In this document: piece by piece, positions 39,616-49,280 of the stretch
Numbering within the stretch: the first letter of the stretch is position 1
Layout: the number at the start of each line of letters is the position of its first letter
Origin: Sphingobacteriales bacterium
Lineage (GTDB): Bacteria; Bacteroidota; Bacteroidia; Chitinophagales; Chitinophagaceae
Length of the DNA stretch: 64,000 bases
Direction: 5' to 3'
NCBI GenBank assembly: GCA_900299255.1
Contig: OMJB01000077.1
Span: 8,674-72,673, forward strand
Notes under the pieces: generated by a model
Database searches by the model: none
The model's input: the letters and a program-made list of their open reading frames with translations, nothing else
What the model was told of the DNA's origin: nothing
Position numbers and translations under genes: made by a program

Positions 39616-40800
39616 TTGAAAAAAAATCTATTCTGGTATTTGGTTTTTTGCATCAGCGCTGCGGCATTTGTTTCATGCGGAAACAAACAGGAGCCGCCGC
39701 CTGCTGCCGTGAAGGATGAACTGGTAAGGTACCCTGAAAAAAAGGATATGTACCTGCTCACTGACAGACCCCCACAGCTAGAAACGCCTCTGAAAATATT
39801 TAAGGAAGATTTTACACCCAATGAATATTTCTTCGTGCGCTGGCATATGTCTCAGATTCTAACGAAAATAGACATTGATTCGTTCAGGCTATATATAAGC
39901 GGAGCTGTAGGCAAACCACTTGCCATTTCAATGGCAGACCTGAAAAACAAATATCCGGCTGATACGATTGCTGCATTGTGTATTTGTGCCGGAAATTCGA
40001 GGTCAACTTTTACCCCCAGAGTACCCGGTAGCCAGTGGCGCAGCGGTGGCATGGGCAATGCAGTATGGAAAGGTGTTAAACTGAAGTACCTGCTCGAAGC
40101 GGCAGGAATAAAAAAGAACGCAATCGATATTTCATTCTGTGGTATGGATAGGGCTCCTTTGCCGGAAACGCCTGTATTTACCAAATCGCTGTCTGTAAGC
40201 CACGCAATGGATGGAGATGTGCTGGTGGCCTATGAAATGAACGGACAGCCCATACCCATGCTCAATGGATATCCGCTTAAATTGGTTGTACCCGGATGGT
40301 ACGCAACCTACTGGATTGGCGCACTCAACGACATCAGGGTGCTTGCAGACACTTTTCATGGATTCTGGATGGATAAAGCCTACCAGGTACCTGCCGATGG
40401 CAGCTTCAATGAATCGAAGGACAGCCTGGCAAAAAAAACTGTCCCCATTACAAAAATAAACCTGCATTCTATTTTTGTATCTCCCGAACCAACCGATGTG
40501 GTGCCTGTCAGTAAACCATGCATAGTAGAAGGGCTGGCATTTGATGACGGAACTGGTATAAAGAAAGTAGAACTGTCTTTTGATGAAGGTAAAACATGGA
40601 CGGAAGCCCGGCTAAACCCTGTGCTGGGAAAATACGCCTGGCGCAGATGGAAATTCGACTGGACGCCTACAAAGAAAGGAGCTTACAAAATACAAGTGAA
40701 AGCCACAGATATAAATGGGCGCAGTGAGGTAAACACTCAATGGAACCGCAGCGGATATGCCAGAGGTTTCATTGAACATCTTGACTTAAACGTGAATTGA
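39616..40800 (+). CDS. sulfite oxidase-family molybdopterin oxidoreductase (SorA-like)
   Basis: 394 aa. Lipoprotein-type signal (TTG start). FFVRWH, the Mo-ligand cysteine block CICAGNSRS, GYPLKLVVPGWY, and a C-terminal Ig-like dimerisation domain. Confidence 0.8.
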   Translation: MKKNLFWYLVFCISAAAFVSCGNKQEPPPAAVKDELVRYPEKKDMYLLTDRPPQLETPLKIFKEDFTPNEYFFVRWHMSQILTKIDIDSFRLYISGAVGKPLAISMADLKNKYPADTIAALCICAGNSRSTFTPRVPGSQWRSGGMGNAVWKGVKLKYLLEAAGIKKNAIDISFCGMDRAPLPETPVFTKSLSVSHAMDGDVLVAYEMNGQPIPMLNGYPLKLVVPGWYATYWIGALNDIRVLADTFHGFWMDKAYQVPADGSFNESKDSLAKKTVPITKINLHSIFVSPEPTDVVPVSKPCIVEGLAFDDGTGIKKVELSFDEGKTWTEARLNPVLGKYAWRRWKFDWTPTKKGAYKIQVKATDINGRSEVNTQWNRSGYARGFIEHLDLNVN

Positions 40801-40803
40801 TTT

Positions 40804-41181
40804 ATGATAAGCAGATCCCTGATTATATACCTCGCCGCAGTATGTTGCCCTGCCTACATGCTATCTGCCTGTCATGAACAGCCTGCTCCCATACCCGCAC
40901 CCAAAAAGCAGGAGCATTCATTCTCTGTAAACGGCAGTGTGCGTGAAATAAAAATACATCCTGAAAACCCTGACTTTCCGGAACACGAGGGCAAAGCTGA
41001 ATTCGTATCCTATTGCGCTATCTGCCACTCACTTAAATACATATCCATGCAGCCCGATTTCCCGCGCAAAACATGGGAGGCAGAAGTAACCAAGATGATA
41101 GTGAAATACAAAGCACCAATAGACTCTGTAGTAAGCAGGAAAATTATTGACTACCTGGTTGCGATTAAATCGAAAGAATAG
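40804..41181 (+). CDS. monoheme cytochrome c (SorB-like electron acceptor)
   Basis: 125 aa. Starts 3 nt after the oxidoreductase stop. Signal/lipobox LSACHE and the heme motif CAICH. Confidence 0.7.
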   Translation: MISRSLIIYLAAVCCPAYMLSACHEQPAPIPAPKKQEHSFSVNGSVREIKIHPENPDFPEHEGKAEFVSYCAICHSLKYISMQPDFPRKTWEAEVTKMIVKYKAPIDSVVSRKIIDYLVAIKSKE

Positions 41182-41404
41182 CTGCCCGCCACCTATACAA
41201 GCCCACTGGGCGATAACTTGCTGCAAGCTGTACTTTCAGCTGAGTTTTTTATTTAAAGCTTCAAAATATTCAATTAAAACTAATAATATTTATCGCATTT
41301 CATAAAAAATTCATCTGATTACTATCTTTTCTTAGAAAAATTCCGTCTCTTTATAGAGGAACTGATAGTGATTATATTTTATAACAAAACTAAAATCCAA
41401 CTGT

Positions 41405-43105
41405 ATGCAAAAATTTACCAGAATACTCCTCGGATCTGCGCTGCTGTTTGTTGCGGCAAGCACTGATGTATTTGCTCAGAGAATTACAGTAACAGTTGCG
41501 GGCACGGGCATAGCCGGGTGTACCGGCGACGGTGGCTCTTCGAAACAGGCACAGATCAGCGGGCCTAAAGACATATGCCTGGATGCAGCACAGAATATTT
41601 ATTTCGCTGACAGGGGCAATGGCCACATCCGGAAAATCTCAGCCCAAAAAGGGGTCATCACGACAGTAGGTGGCGGCGGTACTTCTTACGCAGATGGCAT
41701 ACCGGCTACCAGTGCAGTGCTGTCGGTAAACTATATGTGCATCAGCAATAGTGGGAACATATATTTCACAACAGATGATAACCGGATCAGGAAAATAAGC
41801 AGCGGTATTGTTACAACTGTAGCGGGCACAGGCACGGCGGGGTATTCAGGCGACGGCGGGCCGGCCATTTCAGCAACGCTGAACAACCCTCAGGGCATAT
41901 GTATAGATGCCGCCAATAACATTTATTTTGTTGACAGGAATAATAACTGCATCAGAAAAATTTCATCCACTACCGGCAACATCTCAACAATAGCCGGGAA
42001 CGGCACTCCCGGATCAAGTGGTGACGGAGGCCCTGCGGTGTCTGCATTGCTGCACGCACCTGTGTGCATCTGTGTAAGCCCGGCAGGTGATATTTATTTC
42101 TCTGATCAGAATCCTAACTACCCAGGTTATGATAATTCCATTATTCGTAAAATTGAAGCATCAACCGGCTTGGTTACGCACATAATCGGTTCTTATTCCG
42201 GCACCTATACACACGATGTGCCTTCTCTTACAGCAATAATGGGAACCACTACCGGCCTGTGTTTCAGCCCATCAGGTAAAATTTACTGCAATGAAATGAG
42301 CTGCTCCAACAGAGAGCATGATTTTGCCACCGATAGCTTATATCTTGTTGCCGGTGATTTCTCAATACAGGGATATTCAGATGATATTCATTCTCCGCTG
42401 GCCAATATGAACATACCTTATGGTTTGTGCGTGGACATGCATGAAACTGTTTACATCGCCGACAGTAATAACCAGCGCATCCGTAAGATTATTAAACTTA
42501 CCAACACGCCTACTTTTGCATTTGGGCGCGGCCAGTATATGGAACCTGTCATTGGCACACCTTATTCAATTGATTCTTTGCTGTGGATCACTGACCTTGA
42601 TCTTGGCCAGAACGAAACATGGACAGTTTTAACGCCACCTGCCCATGGTATATTATCAGGCTTCCCGGCAGCCAATACTTCCAATGGCGATGCAACTACA
42701 ACCAAGCCCTCCGGCCTTTCCTACACAGCGTCTTCAGGCTATACCGGCTCCGACCTTTTCCGTATCCGTGTTGCTGATGATGCCGGACTGGCAGACACAG
42801 TTACAGTTTATGTAGGCCCCAACAGCACCGGAGCAACATTGGAGGCCAGCAACCTGCCGGCTACAACTTCAGTTAACCTGTTCCCTAACCCTGCTTCGAA
42901 TGTACTGAACGTAGAATGGGACAACCTGAAAAACAATGGCAATAATCTGGTGATTGCCGATATAGCTGATAAAATAGTTTATTCTACTAAAATTGCAGCA
43001 GGACACACTTCAGGTAGCACTCAGATTGACATCTCGTCTGTTCCGGCAGGAGTTTATTTCGTAAAGATGAATGGTGTAGAGATGAAAAAATTTGTAAAAG
43101 AATAG
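41405..43105 (+). CDS. NHL-repeat beta-propeller protein with a T9SS type A C-terminal sorting domain
   Basis: 566 aa. Repeated GTG.AG..GDGG.A..A.L..P..IC.D...NIYF.D..N..IRKI units. C-terminus NLFPNPASNVLNVEW...GVYFVKMNG. Confidence 0.8.
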   Translation: MQKFTRILLGSALLFVAASTDVFAQRITVTVAGTGIAGCTGDGGSSKQAQISGPKDICLDAAQNIYFADRGNGHIRKISAQKGVITTVGGGGTSYADGIPATSAVLSVNYMCISNSGNIYFTTDDNRIRKISSGIVTTVAGTGTAGYSGDGGPAISATLNNPQGICIDAANNIYFVDRNNNCIRKISSTTGNISTIAGNGTPGSSGDGGPAVSALLHAPVCICVSPAGDIYFSDQNPNYPGYDNSIIRKIEASTGLVTHIIGSYSGTYTHDVPSLTAIMGTTTGLCFSPSGKIYCNEMSCSNREHDFATDSLYLVAGDFSIQGYSDDIHSPLANMNIPYGLCVDMHETVYIADSNNQRIRKIIKLTNTPTFAFGRGQYMEPVIGTPYSIDSLLWITDLDLGQNETWTVLTPPAHGILSGFPAANTSNGDATTTKPSGLSYTASSGYTGSDLFRIRVADDAGLADTVTVYVGPNSTGATLEASNLPATTSVNLFPNPASNVLNVEWDNLKNNGNNLVIADIADKIVYSTKIAAGHTSGSTQIDISSVPAGVYFVKMNGVEMKKFVKE

Positions 43106-43133
43106 CAATCTGAAAATTGAATTCAAAAAAATG

Positions 43134-43161
43134 GGAGTTGCAGTTTGCAGCTCCTTTTTTT
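43134..43161 (+). terminator. intrinsic terminator after the NHL gene
   Basis: GGAGTTGCA-gtt-TGCAGCTCC (one G-U pair) followed by TTTTTTT. Confidence 0.75.
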
Positions 43162-43296
43162 GCTCGCTACTGAGATAAAGTCACAATTTGCCACCCAAGC
43201 CGCAGCGTTTCCGGGACTGCGGAGTGTTATTGTACCGTTGTTTATCTGCTTCTTCAAACACTTAAAATTAGTATCTTGCCTTTCCAAAACTGAACT

Positions 43297-44364
43297 ATGA
43301 AATATCTGCTCTCATTTCTGGTGTTCCTGCTCTTTACAATCAATGGAGGAAACCTGCTGGCGCAAAACGAAAGCAGTGACCTAGTGGATTCTTTGAAATC
43401 TGAATTGCAGAAAATAAAATCAAAGAACAGTAAGGCTGCATCACTTTATGTGGAACTAGGTATGGCATATTATGTTCAGAAAGATTACCCCAGCGCAAAA
43501 CAGAATTTTAAAGAAGCCTACGATTACTATCAGAATGTTGGTGATAAAAAAGGCATGTACTGGGTGAATGAGTGGAACAAGCAGATTGAATTAAAACAGG
43601 CTGAAGAAGACAGGGCGACCTATCAGAATATGATTATTGCGGGCATTATTGTTGTGCTGATAGGAGTAATACTCATAATGGTATGGGAACACAAAAAACA
43701 AAAATCAGCTAATGCCCAACTGTCTGTTGAAAAGAAAAAATCGGAAGAACTTATTTTAAATATCCTTCCCGGGCAAGTGGCAAAGGAGCTGAAAGAAAAA
43801 GGCATGTCGTTTGCCAATCAATACGACCCCGTTACTGTTATCCTTACTGATTTTGTCAGCTTCACCACTGTTGCCGAGAAGTTTTCGCCTAACCAACTAG
43901 TGGGCGAACTCAATGCCTGCTTCAAGGCATTTGATGATATGCTGGACAAATACCAAATTGAGAAAATCAAGACAGTGGGCGATGCTTATCTATGCGTTGC
44001 AGGCCTGCCAGGCAAGAACAAAAACCATGCTATTGATGCCGTTAATTTCGCCATTCATATGCGCGACTTTATGCTCCGCCGCCGCAATCAGCTGGGCGAA
44101 GCTACTTTCCAGATGAGAATAGGTATTCATACAGGTGGCGTTATTGCAGGTATTGTTGGTACCCGAAAATACGCGTACGATATATGGGGAGATACGGTAA
44201 ATACCGCGGCCCGTATGGAACAAAACAGCGAACCCGGGAAGATCAATATTTCTCACTCTACCTACGAACTTGTTAAAGACAGATTTGCCTGCAGTTATCG
44301 CGGCGAAATTGAGGCAAAAAGAAAAGGTAAACTTCAAATGTACTTTGTTGAAGATCCACTGTGA
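43297..44364 (+). CDS. class III adenylate/guanylate cyclase with an N-terminal TPR-like ectodomain and one TM helix
   Basis: 355 aa. Signal peptide, TPR-like segment, TM helix (IIAGIIVVLIGVILIMVW), and a catalytic domain (VTVILTDFVSFT...KTVGDAYLCVAGLP...RIGIHTGGVIAGIVG...YDIWGDTVNTAARME). Confidence 0.85.
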   Translation: MKYLLSFLVFLLFTINGGNLLAQNESSDLVDSLKSELQKIKSKNSKAASLYVELGMAYYVQKDYPSAKQNFKEAYDYYQNVGDKKGMYWVNEWNKQIELKQAEEDRATYQNMIIAGIIVVLIGVILIMVWEHKKQKSANAQLSVEKKKSEELILNILPGQVAKELKEKGMSFANQYDPVTVILTDFVSFTTVAEKFSPNQLVGELNACFKAFDDMLDKYQIEKIKTVGDAYLCVAGLPGKNKNHAIDAVNFAIHMRDFMLRRRNQLGEATFQMRIGIHTGGVIAGIVGTRKYAYDIWGDTVNTAARMEQNSEPGKINISHSTYELVKDRFACSYRGEIEAKRKGKLQMYFVEDPL

Positions 44365-44864
44365 TTTTTCAGGCAGGTATAAGCAAGTACCCGGCAGTCC
44401 ATGCCAAATTATTCTGTAACAAATAAGTTTTGCAAAACATCATCCGCCCTCCTGTTTTCATTTGATTCGTTGCTGGATTCAGGTTGGCACATTTGGTTAA
44501 CCAGCCGCTATACCGCAACAAAAAATTGACGGGCATCACGAGCCTGTTATGAGTTTGTTAATCAAGCCAAAACAGCCTCTCATATTATCATATTTCTCAG
44601 AAAAATTTGTGCGTTCATTTAATTCGGTTGGGCAAACCACTCACAATCTTCAGGGGAAAACATATTTTTATTAAATTTCGTTAATCATTGTTATTCAATA
44701 ATAAATACACCATCAATCTTACATCTCGCAGTGTTTTGGCAGGTACCACGGCGCAGGTAAAATCCTTATCTTTCTGTCCGTTTATTTTGTTTCAGGTTTT
44801 TAATTTTAATTTTGATTTTTACACCCTTCAACGGGTTACTTTTTCCCAAATCAAGTATTAACTG

Positions 44865-45446
44865 GTGCATAGCCAAATGAACAGCGAACAGCATGTATTA
44901 GCTGAAATTGCAGCAGGCGATCGAACGGCTACCGAGCAAATATACCGTCAGCACTATCACATAGTTAATGGCTGGTTAATGAAAAACGGTGGCGATTCAG
45001 CTGATGCGGCCGATCTGTTTCAGGAGGCGATGGTGGTGTTGTTTGGAAAAGCGCAGGATCCCGGTTTTATTCTTACCTGCAGTATCGGCACTTATTTGTT
45101 TGCAGTGTGCAAGCATTTGTGGTACAAGAAACTGCAGCAGCAGGGCAGAGGGCCTAAGATACTGCACAGCAACATAGGCACGGAGGATGATGATATTGGA
45201 ATGGCCTATGAAGATGATGTGAAGGTGCACCATGAGCGCGAGGCGCACTACGAATTGCTGAATAATGCACTCGAACAGATTGGAGAACCCTGCAGGTCGC
45301 TGCTGAAAGCATATTACAACGACGACAAAAACATGCAGGAAATAGCGGCAGCCTTTGGGTACACCAACCCGGACAACGCCAAAAACCAGAAATACAAGTG
45401 CCTTACAAGGCTCAGGAAGATTTTTTATAGTGAACAGGCGAAGTAG
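44865..45446 (+). CDS. sigma-70 family (ECF-like) RNA polymerase sigma factor
   Basis: Region 2 (DAADLFQEAMVVLF...TYLFAVCKHLWYKK) and region 4 (CRSLLKAYYNDDKNMQEIAAAFGYTNPDNAKNQKYKCLTRLRK). GTG at 44865 or, more likely, ATG at 44877. Confidence 0.8.
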   Translation: MHSQMNSEQHVLAEIAAGDRTATEQIYRQHYHIVNGWLMKNGGDSADAADLFQEAMVVLFGKAQDPGFILTCSIGTYLFAVCKHLWYKKLQQQGRGPKILHSNIGTEDDDIGMAYEDDVKVHHEREAHYELLNNALEQIGEPCRSLLKAYYNDDKNMQEIAAAFGYTNPDNAKNQKYKCLTRLRKIFYSEQAK

Positions 45447-45526
45447 CATACCCGCCTGAAATGCAGATAAGTGAAGCCCCAACCATTATTTGGGGAAAGT
45501 ATTAACAACAGTAGATTTTAGAAAGC

Positions 45527-46618
45527 ATGCCTATTAACAACAATATCTGGGAAACCGCAGAGGCCTATCTTAACGGCAGTTTACCGGAGCAGGATATACT
45601 GGAATTAAAACGCAGGCTGGATACAGACAGCTTTTTTGCGGCAGAGTTTCATGAGAGCACCAATCTGATCAGATCCTTTGAAAGCAGCGGCAAACAAAAG
45701 CGTTTCCGCGCTATGCTGCAGGATATTCACCGCGGGCAGGCTGCTACACCACCTGCTAAAAAATCAAAGCTCATTCAGCTGCCTGCCAATTTCTGGCGCA
45801 CAGCAGCAGTTGCTGCCGGTGTTGCCCTTGTTACCTCTACCCTTACTTACAGCCTGCTTAACCCTTCAGCCAAAAAATCAGATTCGCAGTACAATATGAT
45901 CCGCCGCGAAGTGGACAATATCAGGGAATCGCAGAACCAGCTGAAAAAGTCACAGAACCAGCTGGAGAAAGACATTAAAAAGATTAATACCCCTACTGCA
46001 ACTGTTAAGTATACCGGAACGGGTTTTGCCATCACCAACGATGGTTACTTCGTTACCAGCTATCACGTTACCAGAGGTGCAGACTCAGTATACATTCAGG
46101 ATAACAACGGCGATTATTATAAAGCCAACGTAGCCGCATTTGATGAGGCTAACGACCTGGCTGTGCTGAAGGTTGAAAAGAAAAACTTCCATTTCGGGAA
46201 GGGTGAAGTACCCTATTCTTTTTCAACTGTAAAGTCGGGGTTGGGCAAACACATTTTCACACTTGGGTTTCCTAAAGACCAGCTGCTCTTTTGCGAGGGC
46301 TACATCAGCGGGCGCCTGGGCTTTGACGGCAATGACAACCAGTACACGCTTGTACTGCCAGCCGGCCATGGCCAGAGCGGCTCACCGGTTATTGACGAGA
46401 ACGGAAATATACTGGGTGTAGTTACTGCCATAAGCGGCGAGTCGGAAGCCAGCACTTATGCAGTTACAGCCAAAGCACTGGTAGACCTGGTGCATAAAAA
46501 ACTGCCGCCCAATGCGCTGCACATGCCAAAATCAAACAAGCTTGGGCATATGAGCCGCGAAGAGCAGATCAAAAAAATGGAAGCATATACATTCTCCGTA
46601 AAAGTTTATAAAAAATAG
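45527..46618 (+). CDS. single-pass membrane protein: anti-sigma-like N-terminus fused to an extracytoplasmic trypsin-like (S1) serine protease domain
   Basis: 363 aa. Cytoplasmic ~85 aa (AEAYLNGSLPEQDILELKRRLDTDSFFAAEF), TM helix (FWRTAAVAAGVALVTSTLTYSLL), coiled-coil QNQLKKSQNQLEKD, and a protease with a full triad context (GTGFAITNDGYFVTSYHV; ANDLAVLKV; GHGQSGSPVID). Confidence 0.7.
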   Translation: MPINNNIWETAEAYLNGSLPEQDILELKRRLDTDSFFAAEFHESTNLIRSFESSGKQKRFRAMLQDIHRGQAATPPAKKSKLIQLPANFWRTAAVAAGVALVTSTLTYSLLNPSAKKSDSQYNMIRREVDNIRESQNQLKKSQNQLEKDIKKINTPTATVKYTGTGFAITNDGYFVTSYHVTRGADSVYIQDNNGDYYKANVAAFDEANDLAVLKVEKKNFHFGKGEVPYSFSTVKSGLGKHIFTLGFPKDQLLFCEGYISGRLGFDGNDNQYTLVLPAGHGQSGSPVIDENGNILGVVTAISGESEASTYAVTAKALVDLVHKKLPPNALHMPKSNKLGHMSREEQIKKMEAYTFSVKVYKK

Positions 46619-46649
46619 CCCACACGCACACATCAATCCGAAACCTGAT

Positions 46650-46677
46650 AAAGGGATGCACCAAAATGCATCCCTTT
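46650..46677 (+). terminator. stem-loop after the protease gene
   Basis: AAAGGGATGCA-ccaaaa-TGCATCCCTTT, an 11-bp perfect stem with a short U-tail. Confidence 0.6.
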
Positions 46678-46791
46678 ATCATTTATACCCAAACCAACTA
46701 AAAACTAATCAACTAATAAAATAATCAACCACCCAACTAATCACCCAATCAGCACTAATTCCCTACCTTTGCGCTCTCAAAAAACACGGTA

Positions 46792-47643
46792 TTGGGCATT
46801 TTTTCCAATTTTCTGGGTAACCGCAACTCAAATACGCAGGCCGAGATGAACTTTCTCGACCATGTGGAAGACCTGCGCTGGCATATTATCCGGTCGGCAC
46901 TGGCTATAATAGTTGCTGCGATTGCTGTGTTCATAAAGATAGAATGGATATTTGACCGCATCATAATGGGGCCTGCCAACGATGATTTTATCTCATACAA
47001 ATGGTTTTGCGCATTGGGCCGTGCGCTTCATTACGATTCTTTCTGCTTGGGCAAAATAAAGATCACCTTTCAAAATACTGCTGTTACCGGCCAGTTTATG
47101 ATGAGCCTTTCGGTATCGCTCCTGCTGGGCTTTGTAGCGGCATTCCCGTTTGTGTTGTGGGAAGTGTGGAAGTTTATAAAGCCTGCACTGAAACCGTCTG
47201 AGATACGTATGGCAAGGGGCATTGTGTTCTGGTGCTCACTGCTCTTCTTCGTCGGTGTGTTTTTTGCGTACTTTATTGTGGGCCCATATGCCATCAACTT
47301 TTTTGGCAACTACCAGCTGAGCCCTAAGGTGCAGAACATCATCACCCTCGATAACTATTTTGAGATGATGAGCACGCTGATACTGGCACTAGGCGTGGTG
47401 TTTGAGATGCCTATACTCATGCTATTCCTTACGCGTATAGGCGTGCTGACCCCTAACCTGCTGCGCAAAAACCGCAGGCTGGCATTCCTTATCCTGTTCA
47501 TCCTTTCAGAGATCATTACTCCGCCCGACCTCTTTAGTTGCCTGCTGGTTTTTATACCTTTGTACGGCCTCTATGAGCTAACCTTAATTATCAGCAAGCG
47601 CACCTACAACGAACGACTTAAACGTAAATCTCAAAACGACTAA
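46792..47643 (+). CDS. tatC: twin-arginine translocase subunit TatC
   Basis: MNFLDHVEDLRWHIIRS... is the TatC N-terminal motif (F..HL.ELR), followed by six TM helices. The start is either TTG 46792 or ATG 46846. Confidence 0.9.
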   Translation: MGIFSNFLGNRNSNTQAEMNFLDHVEDLRWHIIRSALAIIVAAIAVFIKIEWIFDRIIMGPANDDFISYKWFCALGRALHYDSFCLGKIKITFQNTAVTGQFMMSLSVSLLLGFVAAFPFVLWEVWKFIKPALKPSEIRMARGIVFWCSLLFFVGVFFAYFIVGPYAINFFGNYQLSPKVQNIITLDNYFEMMSTLILALGVVFEMPILMLFLTRIGVLTPNLLRKNRRLAFLILFILSEIITPPDLFSCLLVFIPLYGLYELTLIISKRTYNERLKRKSQND

Positions 47644-47645
47644 GC

Positions 47646-48095
47646 ATGAGCAGTTTAACCTTTGATAAGAAACTCCCCGTAGCCATTGGTGCCGACCATG
47701 CCGGATTTGAATACAAGGAAATTCTGAAAAAGCAGCTGGCAGATGCCGGCTGGCAGGTAGCCGATAAGGGTACTTACAGCCTGGACAGCGTAGACTATCC
47801 CGACTTTGCGCACCCTGTAGCGGCAATGGTAGAAACCGGTGCTGCCACCGCAGGCATACTGGTGTGCGGCAGCGGCAATGGCGTATGTATTACTGCCAAC
47901 AAGCACCATGGTGTAAGAGCCGCCCTGTGCTGGCAGGATGACCTGGCCGCACTGGCCCGCCAGCACAACAACGCCAATGTACTCTGTGTGCCTGCCCGCT
48001 TTGTACCCATAGATGTTGCCACCAAAATGGTTGATACCTTCCTCTCTACTGCCTTTGAAGGTGGCCGCCACGAGAAAAGAGTAGAGAAGATTTAG
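47646..48095 (+). CDS. rpiB: ribose 5-phosphate isomerase B (RpiB/LacA family)
   Basis: 149 aa. IGADHAGFEYKE..., GILVCGSGNGVCITANKHHGVRAALC, NNANVLCVPARF. The start is 2 nt after the tatC stop. Confidence 0.9.
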   Translation: MSSLTFDKKLPVAIGADHAGFEYKEILKKQLADAGWQVADKGTYSLDSVDYPDFAHPVAAMVETGAATAGILVCGSGNGVCITANKHHGVRAALCWQDDLAALARQHNNANVLCVPARFVPIDVATKMVDTFLSTAFEGGRHEKRVEKI

Positions 48096-48576
48096 GAATT
48101 AGGAATTTGTAGTTGGGAATTGGGACCCGGTAGCTATAGTTAGGATATTGGGAGCGTAAGGTACACCTGTTGAGATACAAACCGCCTTAATTTCATTACC
48201 CGCCACCCATTGCAAAAAGTTCCAAAGCTCGCGCACAAGAATTCCATAATAAATGGAATTTATGATGGGAATGCATCAGTTATCAGTACCATAACTACGA
48301 AAAACGAAAAATTCCCCAGCCACCTCCTGCCTGCCGCTATGGGGCTGATTAAACATTCACAGTAATTTAAGGCCTTTGCGGATTGCAGGAGAGAGGGAGA
48401 GGGCAACCACCCGTGGCGGCTGCTATATATAAGCGATCTTGCCAGCAAAATAAGACAATTAATTTGACTTTTCCAAAAATTATGACATATTTATTTTGGA
48501 GAACGATGTGCGCTGGCGCGTTACAAAAGCGGTACGGAGTGATTTGAGAAAAATTTGAGGATGAGTCAGAGACTGT

Positions 48577-49280
48577 TTAATTAACAAATCTAAATTCAAC
48601 AAAAACCGGTAAGTGGTCGCTAATTTTTAGCCATGTTTCCATATCACCTATTTCAAATAACGCCATGTTATTTGCAAATTTGTCGTGTGCGAAAATATAG
48701 TCAATATGATACCCTTTGAGTTTATTTCGCTGTAAATACAAAGTCGGGTGCCTTTCTTCACCTTGAGAAGAATTGAAAAACTGGTGGTAAAGGCTTTTTA
48801 TACTCATTTCTTCTAACTCCCTGACAACGTCAGAATGATTACATTTTCTTGGTTTAATATCCCATATTTTATTACTGTTGAAATCTCCTGCGATTATGCA
48901 GCCCTGCATTGCTTCTTTATTTTGCTGTAAATACTTCCAAAACTGACCTATGTATCTGTATTCATAAGAGTCGCTGCGTTGATTCCACACTGCTAGAAGA
49001 TTAAAAAACGGTTAACTCTGACAGACAAAAAATATTTAGAATCATTGACATTCCAATTATTCCTCTCTATGACTATGTCTTGCTTACAGAAAATTCCAAG
49101 TCCTTTGTTTTTATTATCTCCAGTCCATAAATAATTTGCAGCCCATTTGCGATAATGTTCTACATCACTCTGTGCGGGGTCTTCACACTCTTGAATAATA
49201 AGAATATCTGCGTCAAAATTTGCTAAAAAGGCATATTTCCTCCGCAAAGCACCATTACAATTCCATGTTACTATTTTCAT
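48577..49280 (-). pseudogene. endonuclease/exonuclease/phosphatase (EEP) family protein split by a frameshift in a homopolymer
   Basis: N-terminal part (49280-48993): MKIVTWNCNGALRRKYAFLANFDADILIIQECEDP... (the EEP N-terminal N/E motif). C-terminal part (48990-48577): ...IIAGDFNSN...YHIDYIFA...SDHLPVFVEF (EEP D/N and terminal SDH motifs). Adding one T to the minus-strand T6 run (plus-strand A6 at 49003-49008) gives a continuous ...SVRVNRFFNLLAVWNQRS... Confidence 0.7.
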
